The notes under the pieces are model-generated. The model saw only the letters and a list, made by a program, of their open reading frames with translations, searched no databases and was not told where the DNA came from. The translations under genes and the position numbers were made by a program. 64,000 bases of DNA. Source: Octopus vulgaris. Its lineage: Eukaryota. The stretch covers positions 135,346,001-135,410,000 of the forward strand of contig OX597817.1 in the NCBI GenBank assembly GCA_951406725.2. Reading direction: 5' to 3'. This document shows positions 41,278 to 57,036 of this stretch, piece by piece; the first letter of the stretch is position 1, and every line of letters begins with the position of its first letter.

Positions 41278-43553
41278 CTTTAACACGATTTAAACATTTG
41301 TCCTTGTGTGACCACGGAATTTATTGCAAATGGCGAGTAAGCGATTAAGTAACATCGATCAATTATAATTTACAAAACGCCGGAACTCAATGTAACAATT
41401 TAGCGAAGTAAAATAGAATCCAATCAATTTTTTTTCTGTATAGTGATCCCCCACTCTCCGGTGTGGGTTGGGCCTATGCACTGTACATACCTCTGTCTGC
41501 GTGTAACTGCTCCACCAGACAGCGCGCGGCGGCAGTCATTGGGTCTAATACGAAAGACGTGCCGCGTGCTTCATCTTCTGCTATATTTTTTTTATTTGCG
41601 GTCGTCATAGTGATAACCTACCCCAAGATGTCGGTTGATACATCTAAGAAAAATAAAAGAGCTTCAATTTCTTTGGAGACCAAGATCAATATTTTGGATC
41701 GTCTTTGTAAGAGCGAAAGTGCAGTGTCCTTGGGTAGAGCTTTCTGCCTGAACGAAGCTACGATAAAAACAATCAAAAGGAATGATGCTGCCATTAGATC
41801 TGTAGAACAAAATTGTCCGGCAAGTTGTCGTCATATACAAGAGACAGATTCAAGAAAAAATGGAGAAAGCTTTAATAGTACGGATAGAAGAAAACAATCA
41901 AAAAAGAATACCATTAGATGGCAAAACCATAAAACAGATAGCATTACGATTTTACAAGAAGATTAAGGATCTGGTGTCAAGTGCGTTACATCTGTCTAGT
42001 GATAAAAAAAAAGTTGCTACAAGTGCGGGATTACTTACAAAATTCCTCGAAAGAGACGCACTGCGTAATATAAAACTGAGAGGGGAAATTCCATCGGCAG
42101 ATAAGACTGCTGCTGAAGAATTTCTTCCAAAACTAGCCAAAATAATTGAAGACGGTTATATTTCAGACAGTTTCAACGCAGATGAAATTAGTCTCCTTCA
42201 GAAAAAAATGCCAAACAGAACGTGTGTAGCAAAATCAGAGAAAAGTGCCAGTGGTTTTAAGGCAGCTAAAGACCGTGTAACTTTCTTGTTATGTAGCAAT
42301 GCTTCGGGAGGTTGTTTGTTAAAACTGTTATTAATTAATCGATCAGTTCGTCCACGTGCAATGAAAGGCGTAGACTTACGTAAATTACCAGTTCAATGGA
42401 GAGCCAATAAAAAATTATAGATGACAGCAGAAATGTTTCCTGGAAGGTTTAACAGCTGCTTCGCTCTTGAAATAAGAAGGTATGTGAAAGATAACGGTCT
42501 TGAGTTTAAGGTCCTTTTACTTATAGACAATGCACCCGGTCATCCAAATTTGGAACACCCGAATGTAAAAGTCGTATTCTTGCCACCTATTCAATCGCTT
42601 GATCAGGATATAATTTCAACATTCAAATCATATTCTATCCAACGAACATTTGAATCTATTTTAGATGAACTAAAAAAAATGGTACTTTTTCAATCATTCC
42701 AGCATGGAACAAATAAACTAGAATTGTGTTAAATATGCTGCCCTGGTTTTATCCAAATTAAAGCCATCCATCCTGCTGGAGATCACTTTGGCCAGAATTT
42801 ATAGAGCTTAAAAATCTTGTGTCTAATATAGATACAAATGAATTACATTCTGACATCATCACTCTGTCTCATCAGATTGGCAGAGAAGGTTTTGAAGAAT
42901 TAACAATTAAAGATATAGCAGAATTAACAATTGATGAAGCTCCTAATGGAGAACAAATTATAGTAAGTATTTCAGAGAATGTATATGATTCCACGTTAGT
43001 TTATAGTAGTGATGATGAAGAAGTAGTTCCACTATGTGCAAGTACAATTCTAGAAGGCCTCCAAAATAGCCAACAAACGGAGAAATCGTTTTTTTACAAA
43101 TGATAACAATGTTGAACGAGCTGAGCAATTCCAACGTGATTTGAAAATGATTATGGCACGGTGTGAAGAATCATATAAAGAACTAACAAAAATAAAATCA
43201 CAGCGTCTGATTCAAAACCAGTGAAACAAAAGAAACACAAGACGTTAATTTTATTCAAGATGCACATGAAGATATTTCGCCATTAAATATTTCCAGTAAC
43301 TAGAGTGATTTTTGCGCCACCGAAAAACGACAGAAAGTGGGCACGTTTACTGCCAGCTGAATGATTATGTTATATATATATAATTCAATTTATTTGAATT
43401 TTATTTATGAATTTTATATATGAAAATTAACATTGCTTTGATTAAGTATATTTGGATGGAGCCTATTTCTAATTTTCATATGTACACTGTATATTATTTT
43501 TTTTACACGGTTGTCTCTGCAAGGTATCCTCCGTGCAAAAAGAGAATTGATTG
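41149..43553 (+). mobile_element. Full-length pogo/Tigger DNA transposon, 2.4 kb
   Basis: 23-bp imperfect TIRs (TCAATTYTCTTTTTGCACGG) at 41149-41171 and 43531-43553; TA TSD. Confidence 0.9.
41628..43200 (+). pseudogene. pogo/Tigger (CENP-B-like HTH + DDE) transposase pseudogene
   Basis: KRASISLETKINIL, MEKALIVRIEENNQKRIPL, FNADEISL, KDRVTFLLCSNASG, LLLIDNAPGHP, IQSLDQDIISTFK across frameshifts. Confidence 0.92.
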
Positions 43554-43563
43554 TATATATATA

Positions 43564-43925
43564 TTGGATCATCCCATAAATAATGCGGTTTTTTATCCTT
43601 TTTTTATTTTTCAAAATTAAGAAAAACAAAGTTCTTTTTTAATCTAAAATGTGCTCGCCTTCATTTTCAACAATGCACTTCCATATATCTGGTAGACGTG
43701 CAAGGCCCTTCTTCCAAAATTCACTTGTCCGTTACGAAAAATACTCCTCCAGTACTGTTCTGACCTCGTCTACAGAATTTATATTTTTTCCGTCCAAATG
43801 ATTTTGAAGACTGGAATATATGATAATCAAATGGGGCAATGTTCGGCGAATATGGTGGGTGGAGCATCGTTTCCCATTCAAACTGCTCCAGCCTTTCCAA
43901 TGTCATTCTCACTGTATGTGGCCGA
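43564..43925 (-). mobile_element. mariner 3' fragment with one TIR
   Basis: WETMLHPPYSPNIAPFDYHIF; terminus TA|TTGGATCATCCCATAAATAATGCGG. Confidence 0.8.
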
Positions 43926-44827
43926 CCAATAAACATCTTGATGGTTCTTTGGCTCTCTCCATACCCTTGGAATGGCAAAAGGCATTGACCTTCATGTACC
44001 TCTTAACCATCCTTCTAGAGTAGATCGACAGTTTCCACATATCACATGTGGGGCCCATGGTTTGTTCTAGTCACTCATAGGCATTCTGAAATAGTCTGTA
44101 TGCTATCCACAATTTGGCACCATTCACGATCTTATGTAATACCTGCTTTTTTTTCAATATAGTAACCACACACATAGCAAAATGTATCTGGAGAATTTTT
44201 ACATACTCTAGTGGCCATCCTGAAAGTAGCACAACTTAGTAATTGGTCTGAAAGAGAAAATTAGGCATACATTTAGTAGCGGAACATTATAACAATACCG
44301 AATACATAATAATATTGAAAGTCGACATATTTTTTTAACTGTTGATGATACACAAAAAATAGTTTCATTTTTGGAATCAGCAGAAAAAATGGATTGATAA
44401 ACAATAAAAAAAATACAATAAACAAATTTTTTTTTTGAAAATTGTTACGTTGTGTTATCTAACCATCCCATCTCAAAATTATATGATCCACCTTATATTA
44501 GTCTAACATCTCAAAATCTCCATACACCTCCTTTCTCTCAATATATTCTTACATCTTCCCTTAGTATATAATATACCTTTCTTTTTTGTAATTTATTTCA
44601 TTTGCATAATATATACTTAAACCCCACTCTCTTACCTATTCCAATTATTATTTAATGTTACTTGCCAGTCTACCTGATATTTAATTACATCTTACATCTG
44701 ATATATGCAAACACATATACTTCTTGGTGTCCAACTTGTGTGCTTTTGTAGATATCGTTTTCATTTGTCATTGTGTGTACATCTATTTTATTTATATCAT
44801 GTTTTAATATCATTAATATTATAATTA

Positions 44828-44867
<40 letters not shown>

Positions 44868-44978
44868 CAATACTATTGCGTGCTTATTAACTTTATATTA
44901 CCACCAATTCATATTCTTTTAAAATTATTGCACATATACGTATGTCCCACGCTCACAAACACACATATACTTACTTAC

Positions 44979-45030
<52 letters not shown>

Positions 45031-45781
45031 CATTATATAGACATACCTATATATATGTATGTTTATCTCCCCTACATTGTTAATTTTCAGTCTTAAAACA
45101 TCTATGATATCTATGAACGTTTATTTCATATCTTTAGCCACAGCAAGTATTTACTATTTCAATTCTGTAATATTAACAACTAATTTTCCTATTTTTATTT
45201 TTTTTACCTCATATTTAATTCGCACAAATGGATATAAGTTCTCGCACTAACAAAATTTTCCATTATATATAGCTATTGAAGTATTTGAAATAACTATTAT
45301 TCTCGTTGCATTCTAGCAGCCTACTATATATTACTAAATTCACTAGTTTTAATTTCATTCTCACACAATAAGTTTTTTAAAATACACACCATACCTAATA
45401 TTACTTATAACTGTCAATTCGTATCCTAATTCAAATATAACTGTCTTTCCATTGAACACCTCTGTTAAACTTTCTATGATGAATGACTTATTGGGAGTTG
45501 AAATTACTTATCTACTTATTACTATATGGAGGGACGTCTCTTAAACATTTTTCACTCATATTTTCAAATAACCGTTAGATGCAACAGTCTTTAGTTTATA
45601 CACAACTAGACGCAACAACATTCTTTAGTATGATCTCAATTTTTCATAAGGATGAAATATGTATTTCCGAATTTGTTACAAATTTTCATAAGGATGAAAT
45701 ATGTATATCCGAATTTGTTATCTACTATTTCCTTCATCAAGTCTTCTGAAATAATAATGATAATTCCTGTTGTATACTTCT

Positions 45782-45892
45782 TGCACTGAGGAGAACAGTG
45801 ATATGTAATTAATTTAATTTAATCAATTTAATTTGACTTATTTTACCATGTTATTTACATGCTAATATTGCTGTTCAAAACGATTGTATGCA
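45782..45892 (+). ncRNA. Degenerate hammerhead motif with long stem II
   Basis: tgca-CTGAGGA-gaacagtgata...tattgctgttc-aAAAC-GATT-GTA-tgca (G12 mutated to A). Confidence 0.6.
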
Positions 45893-46586
45893 TGTACTAA
45901 AATTCTATTAAATTTTAACATCTTCTCTTTTCCATTTTTTAACATACTTGTTGAGTTTCTATGGGATACCTTTCCCTAAATTCTCATAACACACCATATA
46001 CATTTAATAATTTCATATTCGCAAAAAGCTTACACCAGTAAGCTACCAGCAAAATATGAAGTCTTCGTTAGAAATCACCCTTTCGAACCCTCCAAAGTAA
46101 AGGATGAAATATCATTCAACCTCTCCACATGTATGTATGCATGTATGTATGTATGTATGTATGTATGTAGGTAGGTAGGTACGTATGTATGTATGTATGT
46201 ATGTATGTATGTATGTATGTATGTATGTATGTATGTATGTTTGTATGTATGCATGCATGCATGTATGTAGGTATTCATGTATATAGACGAAAAAATGGGA
46301 TTTAAAACTCCTGGCAGATATCAAGTAAGCGCTCTGTATAAAGGAATAAGGTTAAATTTCCAACAAGTAGATACCAGTAAATGTATGTGGAATACAAATC
46401 TCAGGTAAATTCTTATGTATGACAGGTAAATCCAATAATCCTTATACGGAATTTTGAGAATTTCATAGTATTAACAACAGTCAATATGTACGAAGAAAAT
46501 CCTATTTTTATTTTAGATAGCACCTTAAAAATCCAACAACTGTTCCAACTACATTAACATATACATACATATATATTCACACACAC

Positions 46587-46641
<55 letters not shown>

Positions 46642-47107
46642 AGGGAAGAACGAAGATTCTACAAAATCCCACCCTGACGTCAACGCACATTGAGAGACAG
46701 TTTGTGCCTTATGGGCTCTAGGGAGCGTTTGTTCGAATAGCTTGCTGCGCATTTGTTTGAGATTTAAATTCCTGTTTTTCCTGAAGAGAAAGCTAAAATG
46801 GTCTCCTTATTCAATCCGAATTTGGAAATTTGCAGCCTTTGAAACATGTGTAGAAAATAATAAAGGAATAGAATCTTCGTTCAGCTCCATTTCTTCCTTC
46901 ACTAAATATATAAAACTTCAATTATCCGCGCTAAGGCATACACCCCATAACCTCAACCGTGTTTTTTCTGTTGTGATTTTTGCTACCCAGGTATCGGTTA
47001 AATTTTGAATAATCCGTAACAAGATAATATTTATCCATTTCAAAATATATATATATATATATATATGCATAATATTATTAAAATTGATGATAATGTGTAC
47101 GAAAATT

Positions 47108-47282
47108 TATGTAATGTAGTAGTCTGTGGTTGGTCTTTAGCTAAAATAGCTGAATGATCTATCTTGCAAGAAGCTTTATAGAGTAATCTCCCTTGAATAA
47201 GTTTCTCAAAACTCCTAAGTCAGGAGAAGTAATTCTTAATTATACAAGAAGCTTAGCGTTTCTCTTGGTAGTTTCTAGAATG
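47108..47282. repeat. Unclassified dispersed repeat, copy 1
   Basis: Similar to 54064-54230 (TCTTGCAAGAAG...TATAGAGTAATCTCCC...GAGAAGTAATTCTTAATTAT...GTTTCTAGAATG). Confidence 0.75.
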
Positions 47283-47785
47283 CCAGCTTGTTCAGTATCA
47301 AGTAGTGAAATGGCTGCGTGTATATTATTAGGAGAATTCTTATAAAGAAGAAGAAAAAACTTAAGAACTTTATATTTACTACCACATAATCAATGTAATC
47401 GAAATTGGTGAAACTCTAACAGAACATTTGAAAAATATTTTAGCTGTTAAAAACGCTAACAAAAAGAAAAACCAGACCAAATTTAACTTTAGACAATCAT
47501 TCGTTCAGCCAAGAACGACGTCATTGAATAAAAAAAAATTTCGTTTATGAAATAAAATATAAAATACCGTACTAATTCCATATTTTTTGACAATTTGAAA
47601 GCGGCATAAAAATAAAAAAATAGAAAATAAAAACCAAACGTAGAAAACGAGAATATTTATCAACTAGAATTGATGACGTCACTGGATATCTAAAGAGCAA
47701 AAAAAATGCAGACAAGAGTTCTACATTATGCTTATACATGTGTGTGTATGTCCGTGCGTGTGTGTATGTGTTTATGTATATATAC

Positions 47786-47850
<65 letters not shown>

Positions 47851-48267
47851 TTTTATGTGTGTAACTAGAAACAAATATAAATATTTACACGCACACACAC
47901 ACACACACATACATATATACATATATATAATAAATCTCTGAACGAGGTATATATGTATTTATAAATAAGGATACGGTCGATATTTAAATATCGATCTTAT
48001 CAATTGGCCAGCATGGGAATAAAAAACCTTACAAAGGTAATAATTATTTAAAACTATAAATTAGGGTATCTGAGAGATACCACCACGCTGAAATAGCAAT
48101 CAAAACCTGACCCTAAAGTCACATTAAATGTTCATATAGCGCTAGGAGAGTGGACAGAGAGACAAATTATACGTTAACCACTGATATATTCATGTTAATG
48201 ATTGTATCTTCAATTTATATTCATACATATTATATACATTTATGTATATATATATATATATATATAT

Positions 48268-48856
48268 AATCAACTAATAAGGGTGAAAAAATTACATACT
48301 AATTTAATAATACCATCAATTTAACACCAAGTGGCTTAGTGCATAAAAACCAGGAATACAATAAAGTTTATACGTAAATATAAGAGAGTGACCACTATGT
48401 GGTCGACTCTAGCACTAAAAATAGATTCGCTACGGTTTCAACCACGAACAGGGCAAATAAAAAATAACAAAAATGCAGATGAATTCTGGACAATTGTTTC
48501 GCTATTAATAAATTATGTAATTTTACTCACATAACATATCTGTAGCTCCTCAGCAGAATTTGTCTAGAATACAATTTACTCAACCGCATGCCAGATTTTA
48601 CCATAACGATAAACACACATGCGGTTCAGTCAATTGCATTCGCCGTTATGATTCCAATGCCCTCGCTAAAGCCCGCAAAAATTCACGGAAACAGATACTG
48701 CATACAAAATTAACTGCAGTATAATTACAATCAACTAATAAGGGTGAAAAAATTGGATACTAATTTAATAATACCATCAATTTAACACCAAGTGGCTTAG
48801 TGCATAAAAACCAGGAATACAATTCGACCACATAGTGGTCACCCTCTTATATTTAC

Positions 48857-48861
<5 letters not shown>
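48268..48861 (-). mobile_element. Non-coding hammerhead element: 461-bp period direct repeat plus short fold-back, in (TA)n
   Basis: 48268-48362 repeated at 48729-48823; 48824-48861 is the reverse complement of 48369-48406. Confidence 0.88.
48482..48560 (-). ncRNA. Canonical minimal type I hammerhead ribozyme (GUC)
   Basis: Minus strand aattctg-CTGAGGA-gcta...tagc-GAAAC-AATT-GTC-cagaatt: 7-bp stem I, 4-bp stem II base, palindromic AATT loop. Confidence 0.9.
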
Positions 48862-49490
<629 letters not shown>

Positions 49491-50034
49491 ATACACGCAC
49501 GTGTACATAAATGCATGTCCGTGTGACTAGTATGAGTGTAAGTAGACATGCGTTATCATAAATATTTTGATTATCTTGGGTTATTAGTAACTCCTCTTTC
49601 GGTGCCAGGACTTTTGTTCTTGACTACAATGCGCGCTGATAAACCTTAAATCTATCCCCCTCTTCCTTTTCCTCCCTCTCTTCCCCCTCCTTCCTATTTT
49701 TCTCTCTGTCTTCCTCTTATCTTTTATCCCTAGCCATCAATTTAAACATTTTTTCATGTGGCTTTGTCCGTTGATGGTTTTCTGATCCTTCAGGCCTATG
49801 AAATCTGGCGAAACTTCGGTAAGTCTTCACTCTCCGCATTGTTACCAAAATAAGAGGATCGGTCTACATTCCAGATCTTGAGGTTTTTTCTTCTTTTTTT
49901 TTTCAAACGAAAAATTTTCTAATTCATCTCAAGGAAACGTTTTTTTTTTCATGATGTAAACGAATTATTCATCAATGAAAAACGCGTCTGAAACAGCTGT
50001 AGTGAAACTTTAACCAATCTGTACTCTTATTTTA

Positions 50035-50582
<548 letters not shown>

Positions 50583-50853
50583 AGAGATTCATACATATAA
50601 AAGCTCTTTTGTTCCTTAGAACAAGACTTTCATCTATTCAATCACAAAACTAAAATATTGTGTTACTACGTTTGTGGTGACAAGTTTACAGCGGTGATTG
50701 CGTTTCGATCCTTGGTGATCTTGTTTCACAACTATTTCTCAATACAAGATCACCTACGATTCCGATGTAATTGCCTCCGCAAACTGGTCTCCACCACAAT
50801 GCACATGTGTGTGTGTGTGTGTGTGTGTGTGTACTGCTTTTCTTGCCCACTCC

Positions 50854-50939
<86 letters not shown>

Positions 50940-51341
50940 TTTTGAAAGAAAGAAAGAATGAAAGAAAGAAATAGAGGGATACGTGTAAATATACACGTTA
51001 CTATCGATATTCGTCAGGCAGACAGTGATATTCAACATTATCATAATTTTGATATCCCTCGTGTACACTTTCGTATACTTGTATCTGAGACATTCTCAAT
51101 ATAAAACTGTGACACTCTGCTTGGCAACGGTCCATAAAACCCAATAACATTCGGTTGCTATGACGTCATTACACGTCAACATGACACATTTTCACTGCAG
51201 ACTCCATTTTGTGGTTTGTTTGTTGTTGGTTTCCATCTTTTTTTTTACCTCTATTTTTTTTAATCTTTTTCGTCTCTACTCTTTTGAAATTTTTATGGCT
51301 TTTATTACTATTAATGTTATTGGTATCGTTGTTTCTACCGT

Positions 51342-51588
<247 letters not shown>

Positions 51589-51991
51589 AATAGTTGTAGT
51601 AATAGTAGTAATTCTTGTGATTTTATTCTTTCCAGTAAAGTAGCCTTGTTGGTTTGTCTTTATTGTTGTTGTAAGCGGTCATCTCGATGTATCTGATGTA
51701 TTCATGTCAAAAAATCGACCGAGTGATGTTGCAAGCTAAATACCATTCTAGTGAACTTGGCAGTAGTGTTTGTGGCTTTTGTTTGACATATGTTATGTTC
51801 GTTCTTACCTTTTGTCCATATCACATATGTTATTTCATTAGCGTCGTGCATTTTTGTATACTTTTATTGTATTTTTAGCTTTTCGTTTTTCATTCTTCGT
51901 AAACAGAAACACACATATAAGCACCTATATAACACATACACAGAGACACATACATACTGACATACATATATACATACATGCGTACATGCAT

Positions 51992-52062
<71 letters not shown>

Positions 52063-52087
52063 TGCATTATACATATACTTACATACG

Positions 52088-52128
<41 letters not shown>

Positions 52129-52151
52129 GCATTGGTATATACATATAATCA

Positions 52152-52211
<60 letters not shown>

Positions 52212-52677
52212 GCATATATGTGTGTGTGTGTGCGTGCGTGTGTGTATAGATATATAGAGGTATGTATACATGAATGTATATGCGCATATATGTTTAATAA
52301 GTATGTGCATTTGTATGTATATATAGATATACAGATATATCTACATATTTATAGATATACACAACGTGATATGTATGTATATATATACATACATACATAC
52401 ATACATACATATATGTATATATACATACACACTAGACATACATACACGCGCACACAAGCACAAGCACACATGCACACACACACACGTACAGCATATATAT
52501 ACAGTTTATGTGATTGTGTGTATAGCAATTTGTCATACTTCTGTATTGAAGTAGTTTCTATGTATATGTGTATATCTGAGTGTGTATGCTAATGAGTATA
52601 ACATGTGTGGATATATATGCATGTGCGTGTATGTGCGTGGGCGTATGTGTGCGTGTTTGTATGCGTGTGTATTATTA

Positions 52678-52825
52678 TTCTGAGTTCAAATTTTGCCGAG
52701 GTCGACTTTGCCTTTCATCTTTTCAGAGCCGATAAAATATAAACCAGTTGAGCACAAGGGGTCGATGTAATCGACTAACCCCCTCCTCTAATCTTGCTGG
52801 CTTTGCTCCGAAGTTAAAAAGAATT
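52678..52825 (+). mobile_element. SINE family A, 5'-truncated
   Basis: TTCTGAGTTCAAAT...GTCGACTTTGCCTTTCATC. Confidence 0.8.
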
Positions 52826-52915
52826 ATTGTTCTTGTTGTAGTTGCCGCTATAGCAGAGAAATAACACTGGTGACTCAAGGTTGAGGGCGCACTTACCAAG
52901 CGTCTTATATATATA

Positions 52916-52958
<43 letters not shown>

Positions 52959-53064
52959 TATGTATGTATGTATGTATGTATGTATGTGTGTATGTATGTA
53001 CATATATATATATGTGTGTGTGTGTGTATACATACATATATATATATACATACACAATATATAC

Positions 53065-53099
<35 letters not shown>

Positions 53100-53116
53100 C
53101 AGACACATATATATAT

Positions 53117-53151
<35 letters not shown>

Positions 53152-54063
53152 CATGTATATATATGTATATATATATATTTGCATATATATATATATCTGA
53201 TATATATACACATATATATGGGTGTATATATATATATATGTAAATGTATATATATATATATATATATATATACGTATATATACGTATGTGTGTGTGTGTG
53301 TTTGTGTTTATATTTATATATGTCTAATACACATATGATTGTAAGCAAATGGATGTAATCAAAGTGTCTAAAACTTATATATATATAAACGTAATTGTCC
53401 AATATATTTTCAGAAGTTAGAAAAATACAGGCATTCGTATATTAGATAATAGTCAATGTATTATTTATGCAATATTATAGATTTAGTTACGAAAACAGCC
53501 ATTTTCGTGTTAAAGAACCTTCCAATTGGAGATAGCTAAATTAACAATCATTGAGTATTGCCAGAGAAAAAGAGGGAAGAGATAGGGAGAGAGAGAAGGA
53601 GAGTGGTATGCGTGTTTTATGTACATAAAAAAAAAGATACTAACAATGTGAGTTCTTTTGTAGAACAAATGTGACGTCTAATCTATATTATAAGTGCTGA
53701 GCTTTTCTGTGCATCGCACACTATTTCAATGACTTCATGAAACGCACCATTTTATAGAATTTGAAGACAGTGATATGATGATATTTTAATCATAAGTTTT
53801 CAGCACACAAAATATTATATTCGATATTTTGTACCTTTACTTTGAATTTCGTTTGAAAATTTCAATATATTTCAATTATGACGTCATAATTTTCTTATGT
53901 CACAAATATGCGGTCTATGATTTTTCAAGTAATTTCTTTGGAGAAACGAAATCAAAACCAGTGAATGTATACAAATTATTCATTTAATTCACGGACGCAA
54001 CATAAGGACAGCTGAGGCTTGTGTTTTATTCTTAACCATTTTTTGTTTGTTTATGGCCATGAA

Positions 54064-54230
54064 TATGTAGTAGTATGTCGTCTGTAGTTAGAATAGTTGA
54101 ATGATATAGTCTTGCAAGAAGTGTTATAGAGTAATCTCCCTTTAGTAAGTTTCTCGGGAGATTATATTTCATGAGAAGTAATTCTTAATTATTCAAGAAG
54201 CTTCGAGTTTCTCTTGGAAGTTTCTAGAAT
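54064..54230. repeat. Unclassified dispersed repeat, copy 2
   Basis: Similar to 47108-47282. Confidence 0.75.
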
Positions 54231-55170
54231 GTCTAACGTTCCATTAATAACAGCAGTTTGCTTGCCCTGCTCTTTGCTTCTTTGTCGATTAGACTCAAAG
54301 CCATTCACGTCGTTGCCATGTCCATTTATTTCTCTATGCCACATTACTAAAAGCCACTATTTAGTTGTTATTTCTACATTTCTGAACTTTCTTCCACAGA
54401 TTATTTCATTCAATTAGTTTCTACATTTTGATTGTTTCATCGACAACCAGTGACTATAATATATTTTTATGTAATAAATATATAGTTCCTAAATTCATTC
54501 TTCTTCTCTGAAAGAGTTCTTCTAATAAGATACATGCAACATTTCTAAACATATATTCACACTACAAATATTTTTCTCGCAAATATGACAATAGACTGAG
54601 AAATAAAAAAAAAATAGAATAAGGTCTTAAAAACGAGACAAATCTACCAAAACCTTAAGTTAGAAAATAACTGACTCTGCAATAAAGCTATTTTGGTAAA
54701 CTGAATGCAGTTCCTTCTATCGAAAGCTATTTTTCAAAACTCGTCAATCAATGAAATTCTCGACTTTACTGTTTGTACGTTAAGTATATTATTTTCTGTT
54801 CAGTTATTTGTTGGTATATAAGTGTGAAATTTGTAAAAAAAAAAAAAAACGAAGAAGTCATGTGAACATTATTTTCACGAATTAAAATAAGTCATGGAAA
54901 CTTATCATTTACCACTTTGTTCATGGATGACGAAGTTTGGCTTGAGGCATTTTATAGAAATATATTGTGGAGAAAATTATTATTAAACACTTCTTTTCAA
55001 TATTCATCGTCTGCTACAGATAATTCTAACATACGCAAACATATTCAAAAATGTGAGAGCATTTATGACATTACTCAACTTGCTTGGATTATCAGTCAAG
55101 TCTCTTTCGAATCGGAGAGTAGATATATATTCATATATACATATACATACATATATATAAATACATATAT

Positions 55171-55252
<82 letters not shown>

Positions 55253-55309
55253 ATACATATATAAACATATATATATGCATATGTACATACATATATGCAT
55301 ATATAGGTA

Positions 55310-55960
55310 TATTTGAAGTATTAATTTATAAAAATATGGTAAAGTAAAAGAATTCACTTTATTAATAATTAAGTGATTCGACCCCCATTTTCTCATAACA
55401 ATATAATGCTTTCTCTCCAAGAATTTAAACTGCAGTTTTTACCTCTGTAGAAATGGAATGCTCTATGACTCACGTGGGCGGACAGGGAGAATAATAGATC
55501 TCATTCGTATTTTTGGATTCGCTAGTACTGGATGTCTGGCATAGTTTGTCCGATGTTACAAATATCGGACGGGTATGTTTGATTCTTAGTATTTTCAAAT
55601 CTAAATCAAAAGAAATCTCTGAGCTGATGAAGGAAAAGTGGCGTTTTACCCACAAATCCAGAAACAGACTGTCCTCGGGTATCGTATATGGATGTGACCT
55701 TTCATTGTTTTTCCCTTATTCCTATGTGAGTTATTTTTCTGAGTATACATTGTCTGGAGACTTTTATTTGCAGTTGAAGAAATAGCCAAGTTTTTGGCTG
55801 CTATTTCGGAAAAGTTCGGTGTGTGGTAAAGTGAATTCTTTTACTTTACCATATTTTTATAAATTAATACTTCAAATACACCGTAAATGGTCTTTACATA
55901 CCGAATACTGCTTGGTCGAATTTATTAATAATTAATTGATTCGACCCCCATTTTCTCATA
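55310..55960 (+). mobile_element. Non-coding hammerhead element: 563-bp period direct repeat plus 52-bp fold-back, in (TA)n
   Basis: 55358-55397 repeated at 55921-55960; 55310-55361 is the reverse complement of 55827-55878; 3' part homologous to the 34301 element. Confidence 0.88.
55618..55679 (+). ncRNA. Minimal type I hammerhead ribozyme (GUC)
   Basis: tctgag-CTGATGA-a-gga..gtgg..ccac..tcc-a-GAAAC-AGACT-GTC-ctcggg; quasi-palindromic stem III ACAGACTGT. Confidence 0.82.
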
Positions 55961-56021
55961 TATAGGTATACATATAAATATATATATACATACATATATG
56001 CACACACACATATATATACAT

Positions 56022-56054
<33 letters not shown>

Positions 56055-56218
56055 CACATATATATATATATATACACACATATATATATATATATATACA
56101 CACATATATACATATATATATATATATACACACATATATATATATACATACATATATATACATTTACATACATATGTACATATATATGTGCATATATAGG
56201 TATACATATAAATATATA

Positions 56219-57014
56219 TCTCTATATATAAACGGCAGTTTGTCTGTCTGTGTGTCTGTGTGTCTGTCAGGTTGTACCCTCACCCTGACCACGGCTTTCA
56301 ACCGATTCTGATGACACTTGACACACACATAGCCCAATGTCATATTTCAAAACTAACGCAGCGAAAATTTTTAAAAGTTCCCCCAGTTCTGAAAATAATC
56401 GATAAATTCGACATGGGGTCGAGAATCTAAGCTTTTTATATGCAACACATTTTCTGTTGTAGTTTTCGCAACTTGCAATCGATTTTCACCAAACTCATGG
56501 TGAAGCTTAATGTTACCCTAAGAAACTTAATTCTGGTGTTAGTTTTCCATGCAATACCTTACCATCAGAAAAAATCGATAAAATCATGCCATTTTGGGAA
56601 ATCGCGTTCAAATTCAAGATGACATCTTTTCGACAATATCTTTCACAAATTGGCAGGAATTTTTTTTTTAATTCACAGCGAGCATCATGTCTGCTCCAAG
56701 GAGCTATATGGCCCTTTTTATTCCAATAGGATACTTTATTACTGGAAAAAATCGGTTAATTAAATCATATGTGGCACACATAGCAAACCGATTTGTGTAT
56801 TAAACACAAACTGTCTAGGGGACACAACTCGACCTTTTTATCGCCCAAAGGGACAGCTAGGAACATTCGTATACACAGAAGTATTCGAGTGAAGAGAAGA
56901 CATTGCAACCTACACATGCGCCTTCGTTCCCTAGAGGGAAAGGACTAGACTGGGATTAGTCGTTGCCTACTAGGGGCTCTTACATACCCGGGCAACGCCG
57001 GGCTATGCTGCTAG
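56219..57014 (+). mobile_element. Non-autonomous Helitron, about 800 bp
   Basis: A|TCTCTATATATAAA 5' end; hairpin CCCGGGCAACGCCGGG (56987-57002) then CTAG|T. Confidence 0.85.
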
Positions 57015-57036
57015 TATATACATACACAACGAACTA

